From assembly GCF_006345805.1 (NCBI RefSeq), contig NC_043014.1:31682001-31746000 (forward strand): DNA of 64,000 bases, given 5' to 3'. The stretch is from Octopus sinensis (taxonomy: Eukaryota). Below, piece after piece: positions 12,416 to 25,770 of this stretch. The translations under genes were made by a program, and so were the position numbers. Under the pieces are notes generated by a model. That model did not search any database. It was not told where the DNA came from and saw only the letters and a list, made by a program, of their open reading frames with translations. Each line of letters opens with the position of its first letter. Position 1 is the first letter of the stretch.

Positions 12416-12450
12416 CCGGTACTGAGGAATGGCAGAAATAGCCTGAAACC
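12416..12450 (+). ncRNA. Truncated hammerhead core
   Basis: CTGAGGA (CUGANGA) 12422-28, hairpin GGCA-GAAA-TAGCC, T-GAAAC 12444-49. The 3' side is replaced by a (TC)n tract. Confidence 0.45.
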
Positions 12451-12779
12451 AGTTTCCTTCTCATTCTCTCTTTCTCCCTCTCGCTCTCATTCTCTCGCTC
12501 TCTCATTTTCTCACTCTCTCATTCTCTCTCTCCCATTCTTTCCCTCTCTCTCATTCTCTCTCCCCCCTCTCTCTGTTCCTCCCCTCACACTTCCCCTTTC
12601 TGACCATTTCTTTATTCCTGTGATGTTTTCATCTTCTCTCCTTTGCACTTCACTTCACACCCCTCTGTCTGTCTGTCTGCCTGCCTGTCTGTCTGTCTGT
12701 TTGTCTTTTTTTTCATTCTTTCTCGTTTTTCCTGTCGCATTCTAACTTTTCTTTCTTTCCAGTAAAAAACGAAAAACTC

Positions 12780-13127
12780 GTGCAAACATACACTTGTAGA
12801 AGTCTATATGCATACTATGCATGTATATTTACTTACATACAAGTATGTACATGCATATGTGTGTGTGTGTGTGTGTGTGTGCATGCATGTGTATATGTAG
12901 GTATAGTTATGCATATATATATGTGTGTGTGTTGTATCTATGTATATGTGTGTGTGAGTCTATGTGTTGTATTCACATATGTGTATGCATGTGTATATAT
13001 ATATACATATATGATATACATATATATATTATATAGGTACAAATGTGGATATTTTTATCCAGAGAAACATATTTATGCACATGCGTGCAAGACAGAGAGA
13101 GGGAGAGAGAGAGAGAGAGAGAGGGAC

Positions 13128-13178
<51 letters not shown>

Positions 13179-13367
13179 TCAGGCAGAAACTTATGTACAT
13201 CAATATACTCACAGGCATGCACATCAAACAGGTACATAGACACATAATAATAATAATAGATACAAGTACACACACAGATCCACAGCCGTTTATACTTGCA
13301 TGTATATATGCGTGCATGTCTATATTATATATATATGTATGTATGTATGTATATATATATATATGTA

Positions 13368-13409
<42 letters not shown>

Positions 13410-13467
13410 TATATACATACATATATATCTGTATGTATATATATATGTATTTATATATATGTATGTA

Positions 13468-13515
<48 letters not shown>

Positions 13516-13590
13516 CATACATACATGCATGCATTCACACACATATATACATATACATACATACATACATACATACACACACACATATAT

Positions 13591-13633
<43 letters not shown>

Positions 13634-13700
13634 CATACATGTGTGTGTGTGTGTGTGTGTGTATACATATAAATATATACATATACATATATACATATAT
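12780..13700. repeat. Compound (TA)n/(TG)n/(GA)n/(CA)n microsatellite block
   Basis: Directly visible. Comparable blocks at 23650-23980, 30690-30990, 38140-38310 and 59340-59740. Confidence 0.9.
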
Positions 13701-16374
13701 TCCAGTGCTGCTGAACTAGGTTATTTGAAGTTGTCAGCAGTGAAGGTGAGTGTTTGAAAATCATTATTTGAGACTGCAAACTCTTTGAAGATCAGAATCA
13801 AATTCCACAGTTTATTGTGTGGAATCTAAGCTTTGGAGATATTTCTCATAGATTACAAAGAATTTATTCTGTTTCAATGCTACTTTTATTTGATATTTCA
13901 CTGATGATAAAAATACCCACTGAATTCATAGATAGACGGACATATTGGATTATTATTTAAAGGGACTAAGAGGTATTTGGTGTGTAGGGTTATTTTTTTG
14001 AAAAAAAAAAAAAATCTATTTCTTTTTCTGTTTATGGGGCATAAAGGTAAATATGTGTGTGTGTGTATGTGCATGTGTGTGTACACAGATTCAGTATGTG
14101 TGTATGTTTGGTAATTCTGCCTATTTTGTGCTCTATAGATTTGGAGGAAGTGTTTGTTTGGGTGTGTGCTTAGTTATTATTGTGTATATATATGCATTTG
14201 GTTCCTCCTCCTCCTCCTCCTTCCCATCCTCCTCCTCCTTCCCATCCTCCTCCTCCCCCCCGCCTCCTTATCCCCTCCCCCTCCCCCTCCATCACCCCCC
14301 TCCCCATCCTCCACCTCCTTGGTGTGTGTGTGCGCACATATGTGCACGTGTGTATGTGAATTTGTGTGTGCTCATGAGTGTGTGTGTGTGTACCTGTGTG
14401 CACACGTGTATGTTTGTGTGTGTGCATGTTTTCATGTGTGTGTGTGTGTGTGTGTGCACACATGTGTGTGCACACATGTGTGTGCACACATGTGTGTGCA
14501 TGCATGAGTATTGTATAACTCTGTCAGCCCTCATCCAGCCCTCATCCAGCAGAGTCATGACATGTATGTGTAACTATTGTTGTTGTATAACCCATGTCAT
14601 CACTAAACCTGCAGAGCCATGACACATCAGCTGTTGTTGTCATCATGTGTCAAATGTGACCCCATAGAGCTGTGACGTGTCAGCTATTGTTGTTGTATAG
14701 CCACATGTTAACCTTGATCCTACGTGTATATGATTTATCTATTGCTATTGTTTTTATCTTCATCTAGCAGATCTGTGATACATCAGTTGATTTCATCTGT
14801 CTTTATGTTTTGAGTTCAAATTCAGCTAAAGTCGACTTTTACTTTCATCTGTGCAGGATTGATAAATTAAGTACCAGTGAAATACTGGAGTTGATGTAAT
14901 CGACTAGTCCTCTACCCTAAATTTCAGACCTTGTATCTATAGTAGAAAGGATTATTATTGTTGCTGTTGTTGTTGTTATTGTTGTCATATAGTTCCATGT
15001 CACCTCTGATTCAAGAGGGCTGTGACAAGCTGAAATAACACAGGTGATACAATCAACAGGTTATAGTACCAGACTTACCATATCTCCACCGTGTTGAGAA
15101 CTATGCTCTTAGTACTCTACACATTCATTTCATTCTTTATTTTATATTACATCACATTTCACAAGGTTGTGGAGCCAGTGGAACCATTATGTTCTGAGTT
15201 CAAATTCTGCCCAGGTTGACTTTGCCTGTTGTTCTTTTGCGATGGATGAAATAGGTACCAATTGTGTACCAAGGTAAAGGTGAAGTTACCTTCTCCAGCC
15301 ATACTGACTCACAAGGACCGGTTTCCTGGTTTCCACGGCATATATATTCCCCACCTTGGACATTGGTCCATTGCAAGATTACTCATTTTTGCCAGCTGAG
15401 TGGACTGGAGCAACGTGAAAATGAAGTGTTTTGCTCAAGAAAGAGAACGTGCCACACAGTCCAGGAATTGGAGCCACAATCTTTCATTCAGGAGTCCAAC
15501 ACCATAACCACTAAGCTACGTGCCTCCACAGTTGTGCACTGGATACAATGAAATAAGTACCAGTTGTTCCCTGGGGTCAATGTAATCAACTAATGTCTCC
15601 TCACCATCAAAATTTCAGGCTTGTTCCTGTAATAGAAAAAGAAAGGATTATATCACATTCCATCACAAGTGACTGGTTACCAATGATAAAAATCATTAGT
15701 TTGGTCACAGCATTTCTATGTGACAAGGGAGTATCTGTAACTCAGTGCTGAACAAATATCACAAGGGAATTCATTGAAAAATCTTTGACTTTTGGTGTTT
15801 TTCTCACCAAGGTTTACATCCCTCACCAATATGTACACCAGCAGATCTAAATTAGGGCCTTACATTGGGATTACGTTTTGATTTGTTCCAAGTACCAGTT
15901 TAGCAGTGATATGGTTATTGTTTAAAATCCTTCATCACACTAAAAATTAATTGGTATTGACACAAAGGCAGTGCATTTCAACAGAAGTATGGTAACAAAA
16001 GTGTTGTGATAGTTAATCTCTGATGGAGTAAGTTGGGAAATTTTAAAGACAAAGTTAAGCAATTTGGACTTTTGGCTCTTCTGACAGCCATGGCTGGATA
16101 ACATAAAAAGATGTGCATGTACACATGCAGTCTCTCTCTCTCTCTCTCCCTCTCTCTCACCCTCTCTCTCTTTCTCCCCCCCCCACACAGAGGCTTCTTT
16201 CAGTTTTTGTCAACTAAATCCATTCACAAGGCATTGATTGGCCAAGGATTATAGCAGGAGACACTTGGCCAAGGTGCCATGCTGTGGAATTGAACCTGGA
16301 ACCATGCAATTGGAAAGCAAACTTCTTACCACATGGCCATGCCTGCATTTATATCATCTTAATGATTTCTGTAA

Positions 16375-16434
16375 GTATGGCAGTTAATATCACACATGTT
16401 TCAGTCAATAATGAGCTCATCAGTCAAGCAATAC
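16375..16434 (-). ncRNA. Type I hammerhead ribozyme, slightly degenerate
   Basis: Minus strand reads GTAT-TGC-TTGA CTGATGA G-CTCA-TTAT-TGAC-T GAAA CA-TGTG-TG-A-TA TTAA-CTGCC-ATAC. Both stem I segments pair (TTGA/TTAA, GTAT/ATAC). One extra A disrupts stem III next to the cleavage site. Confidence 0.6.
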
Positions 16435-16514
16435 TTCACCAAGTACAGCAAAGTCTATACTTCACTTGATGAAACAAACTGACATATGTCTGGAGTTGTC
16501 TCCCATACTTACTC

Positions 16515-16906
16515 TTTTACTTGTTTCAGTTATTTGACTGTGGTCATACTGGAGCACTGCCTTTAGTCGAGCAAATCAACCACAAGACTTATTCTTTGTA
16601 AGCCTAGTACTTATTCTACCGGTCTCTTTTGCTGAACCGTTAAGTTGCGGAGACGTAAACATACTAGCATCAGTTGTCAAGTGATGTTGGAGGGACAAAC
16701 ACAGACACACAAACACACATACATATATATATGCATATATATACAACGGGCTTCTTTCAGTTTCCGTCTACCAAATCCACTCACAAAGCTTTGGTCGGCC
16801 CGAGGCTATAGTAGAAGACACTTGCCCAAGGTGCCACGCAGTGGGACTGAACCCGGAACTATGTGGTTGGTAAGCAAGCTACTTACAATACAGCCACTCA
16901 TGTGCC
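16515..16906 (-). mobile_element. SINE family A, full length
   Basis: Reverse complement of the 1062-1485 type, head to tail. Confidence 0.9.
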
Positions 16907-17709
16907 TAAAATAATTGCTTTGCTCATTAACTAATATTCTTATTTTCCTCACTGCATGATTATTTCTAGTTACTGTATTTAATGTTTCCTGAATTAAATA
17001 TGTTAACTCTAACATGTGGATGACTGGGTAGATTCCGTCTATGAATTAAGGATAATATATAGGCTTAGAGTTTTTTTAAGAGGGAGACCAAGATCATAAT
17101 TCTTCTCACCTCCACTTCACCTTACTCTCCTTACACGCCTTCCTCTCCTTTTTGTTTATTTTATACATCCTCCTCTACTTAAGAGCAACTTCTCATTGTT
17201 GACTCTCTTTTTACTTTTTTTAATTGATTTATGGTAAATTTTATAGCCAACTATCTCATACAAATCACTCGCACCCATTTTTTTTGTCTGTCTGCTTGTC
17301 TTCATTGGCAATTATTTTTTTATTTTTTCCTTTTGCAGTTTCTTCCAATGGCTTCCTTCTCCCCCTCTTCTTGCTCACCACCACCACCACCACCACCAGC
17401 AGCGGTCATCCTCCTCCTCCTCATCATTATTATTATTGTTATTCAGCCTTATTTCTTCCCTTTCCTTTTCTTGTTCAAAGCCTAAAGGGATATTATTTTT
17501 ACTCCCCACCACCCCTATCCATTCTGCACATGGTCACAGCCAAACACTGGAGTTCTTTCACACATCTTATTCCTTTTTTTTTTCATACAGGACAAACCTC
17601 TGCACCTGACACTTCACCAAAATCTTCCTCTCCTATCCTTTCACTAAAAGAGAAAAAAAAAGAAAAACAAAACAAAACAAGACAAAATTGATCAAACAGT
17701 CGAAAGTAA

Positions 17710-17767
<58 letters not shown>

Positions 17768-17789
17768 ATAATAATAATAATAACAATGA

Positions 17790-18617
17790 TAATCCTTTCT
17801 ACTAAAGGCACAGGCCAGATATTTTGGGGGGGAAGTAACCAGTCGACTATGTAGACCCCAGTGTTTCACTGGTACTTGATTTATCGACCCCAAAAGGCTG
17901 AAAGGCAAAGTTGACCTCAGCAGAATTTGAATTCAGAATGTAGCGACGGGCAAAATACCAAACAATTCTGCCATCTCATCACCGTAAATAATAATAATAA
18001 TAATAATAATAATATTAATAAAGGTTTCAAATTTTTGCACAAGGCCAACAATGTTGGGAGTTGGGTAAGTCGATTACATGAATCCCAGTGCTCAGCTGGT
18101 GCTTATTTTATTGACCCTTGAAATGATGAGATGTATAGTTGACTTTGGTAGAATTTGAACTCTAAATGTGAAGACAGATGAAATACCACTATGCATTTTG
18201 TCCAGTGTGCTAATGATTCTGACAGCTCATCACTTTGAATAATAATCCTTTCTACCAGAAGTACAAGGCTTCAAATTTTGGGGAAGGGATTGAGTTGATT
18301 ACATCAACCCCAGTACATAACTGATACTTATTTAATTGATCCCAAAAGGATGAAAGGCGAAGTTAACCTCGGCAGAATTTGAACTCAGAACATAATGACA
18401 GACGAAATACCTATTTCTTTACTATCCACAAGGGGCTAAACACAGAGAGGACAAACAAGGACAGACAAACGGATTAACTGGTATTTAATTTATCGACCCC
18501 GAAAGGATGAAAGTCAAAGTCGACCTTGACGGGATTTGAACTCAGAACATAAAGACAGACGAAATACCGCTAAGCATTTTACCCGGCATGCTAACATTTC
18601 TGCCAGCTCACCGCCTT
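17790..18617 (-). mobile_element. Cluster of about four tandem/nested SINE family B copies
   Basis: Repeated GAATTTGAACTCAGAA (B-box-like GTTCAAATTC on minus) and CCCCGAAAGGATGAAAGGCAAAGTCGACC with (AAT)n tails. Other copies at 4170, 6456, 23983, 35005, 35240, 36705, 44585 and 45255-45880. Confidence 0.85.
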
Positions 18618-18639
18618 AAATAATAATAATAATAATCAT

Positions 18640-19200
18640 TGTTTAACGTCTGCTTTCCCTGCTGGCATGGGTTTGACGGTTTGACTGAGGACTGGTGAGC
18701 CAGATGGCTGCACCAGGCTCCAATTTGATCAGGCAGAGTTTCTACAGCTGGATGCCCTTCCTAATGCCAACCACTCCAAGAGTGTAGTGGGAGCTTTTAT
18801 GTGCCACCAGCATGAGGACCAGTCAAATGGTGTTTTTTATGTGTCATCTGCAGAGGAGCCAGTCCAGTGGCACCGGCAACAACCTCGCTCGAATGTTGTT
18901 TTTCACATGCCACTGGCACAAGTGTCAGTAAGGTGACAGTGGTATCAATCACGCTCAAATGGTGCTTTTTATGTGCCACTGGCATGGGACCCAGTCTACG
19001 GCCCTGGCAACGATCATGCTTGGATGGTGCTTTTAACGTTCCAGTGGCACAGGTGCCAACCATGCGGTGTTGTCATCGGCCATGTCAGCGAATTTGATTT
19101 TGATTGTGATTTCACTTGCCTCAACAGGTCTTCACAAGCAAAGCTTAGTGTCCAATGAAAGAAAGGTACGCCTATGTTGGCTGGTTACACCGCTGGCATA
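18640..19200. mobile_element. Retroposon family C (CTGGATGCCCTTCCTAA(C/T)GCCAACC motif, internal GCCACTGGCAC-type tandem repeats)
   Basis: Further copies at about 21140-21960, 24228-24540, 27060-27230, 28430-28810, 33730-34020, 34540-34800, 40530-40820 and 46510-47050. Sense strand not established. Confidence 0.8.
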
Positions 19201-19210
19201 ATAATATTAA

Positions 19211-19445
19211 TTTGGGGACAGTATCAAAGGCATTAAGAGAAATATAAAGAAAATCAGAATAGAGTGCCCAGTAGAACTGTTACAAAAGGTTTGCCCCCTT
19301 GGCACTGCCAGGATGATCAGGTACGTATTAGACAGTTGAAAAGAACAGACAGCATGATACCATAGGCTGCAAGGAGCAAGTCTGCTACATATGCAAAAAT
19401 CCAGGAGATCCAACAAAACTTTAGTTAAAAAAAAAATTAATAATG
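19211..19445 (+). mobile_element. 3' end of an R4/Dong-type LINE (restriction-like endonuclease C-terminus + 3' UTR)
   Basis: ...IECPVELLQKVCPLGTARMIRYVLDS* (stop 19337-39) matches the LQK..LLGTARI.R.VL terminus of this clade. Followed by an A-rich/TAA tail. Confidence 0.6.
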
Positions 19446-20255
19446 ATGAGGATGTATTTTATTGGCTATCCACTATTGCTTAAGATAACAAAATACAAAA
19501 AGAAAACAATTGCAAAAAACAACATTAAGGGATTTACATAGAATAAAGAGGGGGAAACCTACCAAACAATAAAGGCACATAAGTAAATCAATAACAATCA
19601 ATAGCAATAACAATATTGAATAACAAAGTAACCAGAGAGGATCACCAAAATGGTGGTGGTGGTGAAGGGGCTACCATGTAGGGCGATTTGGGAGCACCCT
19701 AGATGCAGCCCCTAAATTACTCTGATACACCATGGAAAGTGTCTTTGCTCAGTTTTTGTGTAGTTAGAGTAAAACCTGTCAGCTTATACCCCTCTCACTC
19801 TGCCCCTTTTACTGAAGAGGAGCATTTCTCTCTTTCTCCCTCTCTTCCTCACTTTCAGTTTCTTTCTCTCTCTCTCTTTCTCTCTCTCTCTTTCTCTCTC
19901 TCTCTTTCTCTCTCTCTCTTTTGCTCTCTCTCATTCTCTCCTTCTCTCTCTCTCTCTTTTGCTCTCTCTTTTTCTTTCTCTCTCTCTTTCTATCCATCCT
20001 CCCTTCTTCAAGTGGTACTTGAAAAAGTTGATGAGAGCTTATGATTCCTTCAACAAACAAGGGACATCCAAAAATTAATCTAATATAATCTTCTTATCAC
20101 CATCACCACCGCCACTACTACCACCACCACCGTCATCATTGTCATGGTTGTTGTCATCATCATCACTACCATTGTCATTGGAAGCAGCTACAGTGGTGGT
20201 GTCATCATCATCATCATCATCATCATCGTCACCATCATTGTTATAATTGTCTTCG

Positions 20256-20287
<32 letters not shown>

Positions 20288-21104
20288 GTCATCACCATCA
20301 CCATTATCATCGTCTTCGTCATCACCATTGTCATCATTATGATCACCATCATCACAACTATGACCTATGTTTCTAGATTGTTATTCTTGCTGCTATTTTA
20401 GTTTCTGATCAAGTCAGATTGACCAAATCTTAGGTAAATGTACAGAAAGAGCAAGACTAGTTATCACCAACTCTATTATGTCTATCGTCGTCATCGTCAC
20501 TGTCATCATCTTCATCATAATCATCATCATCCTCATTGTCACCACTTCATAATCTTTATTATCATAGCTTCATTGTCATCACAATTATTTTTATCAGTTA
20601 TCATCACCATCATCAACCACTATAATCACTATCATCACTATCATTGTCATCCTTGTCATCATCGTCATCATCATCACTGTTGTCATCATCGTCACCATCA
20701 TCACTATCGTCAACATTAACTTCAAAATCATGATCATGATGATGATGATCATCACCATCATCATTTTCATCATTGTCATCAACTTCATCATGATCATCAT
20801 CAACATCAACATCATCTCTATAGATAGATACTGTCGTCAATAATATTATCGCTGCTCTCATCTTCATTACCCTCATCATTACTATTGTATTGTCATCTTT
20901 CTGTTTCTCTATCTTAATTGGCCTATATTGAAATAGAAATATTCAAAATATTTCCCCTCCAAGTCTGCTGTTGGGGTGGAGTGAAAGTGTAGTAGGGAGT
21001 GGGTAGAAAAAATAACAAATGAAACAAAACAAACTGTTATACCCTTCACCTCCCCAATTAGAAATCTAAGCCATAAGTGTTCTGTTCAAGTTATCTTTGT
21101 TTTA

Positions 21105-21136
<32 letters not shown>

Positions 21137-21361
21137 ACATCACCATCATCACCATCATTTAATGCCCGCTTTAGACAGTTTGTGTGGAATTGGTAAGCTG
21201 GAGAGCTGTACCAGGCTCCAGTTTGTTTTGGTTTGGTTCCTATGGCTGGATGCCCTTTCTAATGCCACCCACTCTGCAGAGTGGACTAGGTGCTTTTTAT
21301 ATATCACCAGCACAGTTGCCTTTTATCTGTCACTGGTATGGGTACCATTATGTGTCACTGG

Positions 21362-21773
21362 CAGTGGTGGATTAACCATTAAACGAAATAAGCACGTGCT
21401 TATGGCGTCGCAGGAAGAAGTGAGGCACGACAGAAATGGTGAATGGTTTAAGGTACCAAAGAAATCACTTTAAACATGCAAAAATGATATTCAGGATGCC
21501 TTTATCTCTGCAAAGTATAGATGCAGATGTGTTACCTAAGATTAATTTTGGGGATCTGATCAAAGACTTTGCAATTCAAAAAAGTTGGAGGAAACTTTTC
21601 AAATATAAATAAAGTGGAAATATACAAAAATAAACATTATTTTCCCTCTTACTGTTTTGTTTCGCTTTGAAAAATAAAAATTTATTTTATGGTTTGTTAT
21701 TGTTTATATTTTGAATTACATATCTTTTATGGTGGCACCAAAGTCTTTAAAGTGGGGTCATAATCTAGCCCTG
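21362..21773 (+). mobile_element. hAT-derived MITE with perfect 8-bp TSD
   Basis: TSD GTCACTGG at 21354-61 and 21774-81. Imperfect TIRs CAGTGGTGGATTA / TAATCTAGCCCTG. Internal KINFGDLIKDFAIQK resembles the hAT C-terminal dimerisation tail. Confidence 0.85.
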
Positions 21774-23243
21774 GTCACTGGCATGGTTGTCTGTTATGTA
21801 TCACATGCATGGTTGCCTTAAATGTGTCACTGGCACGGGTGCCTTTTATATGTCACTGGCACAGGTACCTTTTACATATTACCAGCACTGGTCTCGACTA
21901 AGATTTCACTTGGCTTGACGTGTCTTCCGAAGCACAACAAATTGCCAAAGGTCTTGGTCACCTTTATTCTTTTATTCTTTAATTTTTTTTAGTCGTTTGA
22001 CTGTGGCTATGTTGGAGCACTGCCTTTAGTCAAGCAAATCATCCCCAGAACTTATTCTTTGTAAGCCTAGTATCTATTGTATCGGTCTCTTTTACCAAAC
22101 TGCTAAGTTACAGGGATGTAAACACACCATCGGTTGTCAAGCGATGTTGGGGGGAAAAACACAGACACACAAACATACACACACACACATGCATATACAT
22201 ATATATATATATATATGTCGTACAGCCAAGACTGCACCTATATATATATATATATATAATATAATATATATATATATATAATATATATATATATATTTAT
22301 ATGATGGGCTTCTTTCAGGCTTTGGTCGGCCTGAGGCTATAATAGAAGACACTTGCCCAAGGTACCATGCAGTGGGACTGAACCCAGAACCTTGTGGTTG
22401 GGAAGCAAGCTTCTTACCACACAACCACTCCTACGCCTACTTGTCATGAATTTTGTAAGACTTAACATCCAAAGCTTATACTTCACCTCATCCCAATAAC
22501 CACTTATTAAGAATTAAGTCTAAATCCCATTTAGTTCAACTTAACTTTTATCTCTCCTGACAAAATCAGTACCAGTAATATACTGAAGCTTAACCTTTTA
22601 ACATTCAGATTACTCTGTTAAATGAAATGCTCATTTATTCACATCGTTTTCAAATAATCTTGCATCATCCCCATAGCTTTGAGACTTTGATGATGTCTTT
22701 CAGTCATAAGACCATGGCCATGCTGGGGCACCACCTAGAAAAATTTTACTTGAATGAATTGACCTCAGTACTTTTTCTTTTTTGTTTTAAGCCTGGTACT
22801 TATTCTATCAGTCTCTTTTGCTGAACCACTAAATTACAGGGACATAAACACATATATGTATATGATGGGCTTTTTTCAGTTTTCATTTATCAAATCCACT
22901 CACAAGGTGCCATGCAGTGGAGCTGAACCAAGTGTCCAGATGACAAAAACAAAGTTTGAAGGGAATAGTAGTAATTTCCTTTGATTTCTTGATAGAAACA
23001 AATAAGAAATAGCACTGACTGACCAAAGACGAAAACAAAAATAAAAATTTTGTTACACAGTGTAATGTTTACATTGCTAGAGCTGGTTTTAATTCCTAAT
23101 TTAATATTATTTATTATTATTACTATTCAGTATAAAGCAATGAGCTGGCAGGGTCGTTAGCATACTTGGGTGAAATGCTTAGCAGTATTTTGTCTGTTTT
23201 TACATTCTGAGTTCAAATTCCACTGAGGTTGACTTTATGTTAC

Positions 23244-23307
23244 TTTTCAAAAATTCCAATTCTAAAGGGTCGAAACAAACCTGAGCAATGCCGGGCGATA
23301 CTGCTAG
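23244..23307 (+). mobile_element. 3'-terminal fragment of the same Helitron family
   Basis: TTTTCAAAAATTCCAATTCTAAAG...CCTGAGCAATGCCGGGCGATACTGCTAG|T matches the reverse complement of 31835-31897. Confidence 0.75.
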
Positions 23308-23656
23308 TATATATATATATATATATATATGTTTATGTATGTATATATTGTTAGCCACTAAGGGACATGCTCAAGTGATTAAGGTCAAGCAAGTAACAAG
23401 CAAATCTGTGGTATTGGGCAGAATATTTGCTATAATGATACTTCTGTCTGAAATGTAATGGAAAATAGGTCACACACACACGTACACATGCACACACACA
23501 CACATCCATTTTTAGAATATTGTTTTTTTTTTACACATATGACTTACAGCTATAATGGATATATGTGATGTGCACTGAAAAAAAAAAGATCATTATTCCA
23601 GAAAAGAATTCTTTCATGTTCTCTCAAAAGTTTATAAAATTCTTATGATGTCAACA

Positions 23657-23688
<32 letters not shown>

Positions 23689-23715
23689 ATATATACATAC
23701 ATATATATATATATA

Positions 23716-23763
<48 letters not shown>

Positions 23764-23873
23764 TATGTGCATATACATACATATATATGTGTATGTATGT
23801 AGAAATATTAATATTTCTAAATCTCTCTGTATGTATGTATATGTATGTATGTATGTATGTATTTATGTATGTA

Positions 23874-23915
<42 letters not shown>

Positions 23916-24567
23916 TACATATATATATATATACACATACATACATATATATTATATATATATGTGCATATACATATATATTTCTTTACTGCCCACAAGG
24001 GGCTAAACATAGAGGGGACACACAAAGACAGACAAAGGGATTAAGTCGATTACATCGGCCCCAGTGCGAAACTGGTACTTTATTTACTGATCCCGAAAGG
24101 ATGAAAGGCAAAGTCAACCTTGGCGGAATTTGAACTCAGAACATAACGACAGATGAAATACTGTTAAGTATTTCGCTCGGCGTGCTAACATATATACATA
24201 TATACATATATATCAACATCATCATTGTTTAACGTTCACTTTCCCATGCTAGCACGGGTTGCACAATTTGACTGAGGACTGGCGAACCAGATGGCTGCAC
24301 CAGACTCCAATCTTGATCTGGCAGAGTTTCTATAGCTGGATGCCCTTCCTAACGCCAACCACTCCAAGAATGTAGTGGGTGCTTTTACATGCCACCGGTA
24401 CGAGGGCCAATCAGGCGGTACAGGCAATGGCTATGCTCAAATGGTGTTTTTTACATGCCAACTGCATAGGAGCCAGTCCAGCGGCACTGGCAACAACCCT
24501 GCTTGAATGTTTTTTCACGTGCCAGTAAGGCGAGTGCCATATATATGAATATATATACATATATGTA

Positions 24568-24600
24568 CTAGCAATGCATTCTGGCGTTGCCAGGGTGTTA
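24568..24600 (-). mobile_element. Helitron-type 3' terminus of a different family; body probably extends toward ~25.9 kb
   Basis: Minus strand CTGGC-AAC-GCCAG hairpin followed by AATGCATTG-CTAG|T. 5' end not identified. Confidence 0.5.
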
Positions 24601-25706
24601 TGATCTACAGCCATATTGTATTATTTGTCCCTTTATTATGGGCAGAATCAGCACAGCTGATATATAGTGAACTAAATTACTGGCCTAATGGAAGTTATTG
24701 TTTGTTTAAAAGTGCAGGGGGAGGAGAGGGTGCAATTTGCATAAAAGTGCTTCCTGTTCTTAAAAAAGATCACAAACTATGTATTGTTTCATTGTATTAA
24801 AGGAGGTTAATACGATTTTGCCCAGAAATCATATTTTCAAAATTCTAGTTTCTCCCCGTCCCCACCACAATTTCTTAATTTGTAACTTTTTTAGGAATTG
24901 TTTATCCATGTAGAAAAATACAGGGATTATGAATCTGGGATAAATATTTTTTTTAAAGTTTAATTTTTCTTAAAGAAACACTCAATGCCCCTTCCCCCAC
25001 CAAGCCCACCCATCACCTACCTGCTTTCAAAAAGCTAAAAACATACACTGTTTCACTTTCATCTAATGTTTCATGCATGCATAGAATTGTACTGAAATAG
25101 CAGACATAAAAAATACCAGACCACCACCAGAAAACCCGATATGCTAGAAACAACAGGTAAATGACATTATTTCTGAAGAAACTTCCCCACTTTCCAAAAA
25201 GCTTAAAGTGAAACATTGGAAGTTTGTAGCTTTTCAAAAGTGCTGAGGTGATGGGTGGATGTTTGGGAAGGAGATTTTAGTGTTTCTTTAAGAAAAAAAG
25301 GAAGAAGAAAATTGTTTAAGATTTGTACTCTGTTTTTTTCTGTATGGATTACCAAGAAAAAAATTTGGAAAAAAGTAAAAACAATGAAAAGATTGGGATA
25401 GGGAGGGAGAAAGTTAAAATATTGTGAACATGTTTCTTGGGTGAAAACAAGAATCAGAAGAAATTTAGGAAAAAAATCGGGAGAAGGGGGTACAAATGTC
25501 ACCTCATACATGCTAGAAACAACAAGTAAAGGACAGGTTTTCTGGGAGAACTCCTTTAAAATTCATATCGAAGATCAGGATTTTAAATACACTCATTACA
25601 AACACAAATTACAGAACAGAAAAAGGTGATTTTAATTGGATTTCAGTTGTAATTTTGCGCATGCACATAGCAAGAAATAACATAATTCCCGCAGAAGTTT
25701 TAGTTA

Positions 25707-25770
<64 letters not shown>

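Noticed and set aside
19450-19815. Possible L1/Tx1 3' end on the minus strand
   Set aside because: Only vague similarity; no diagnostic motif could be read.
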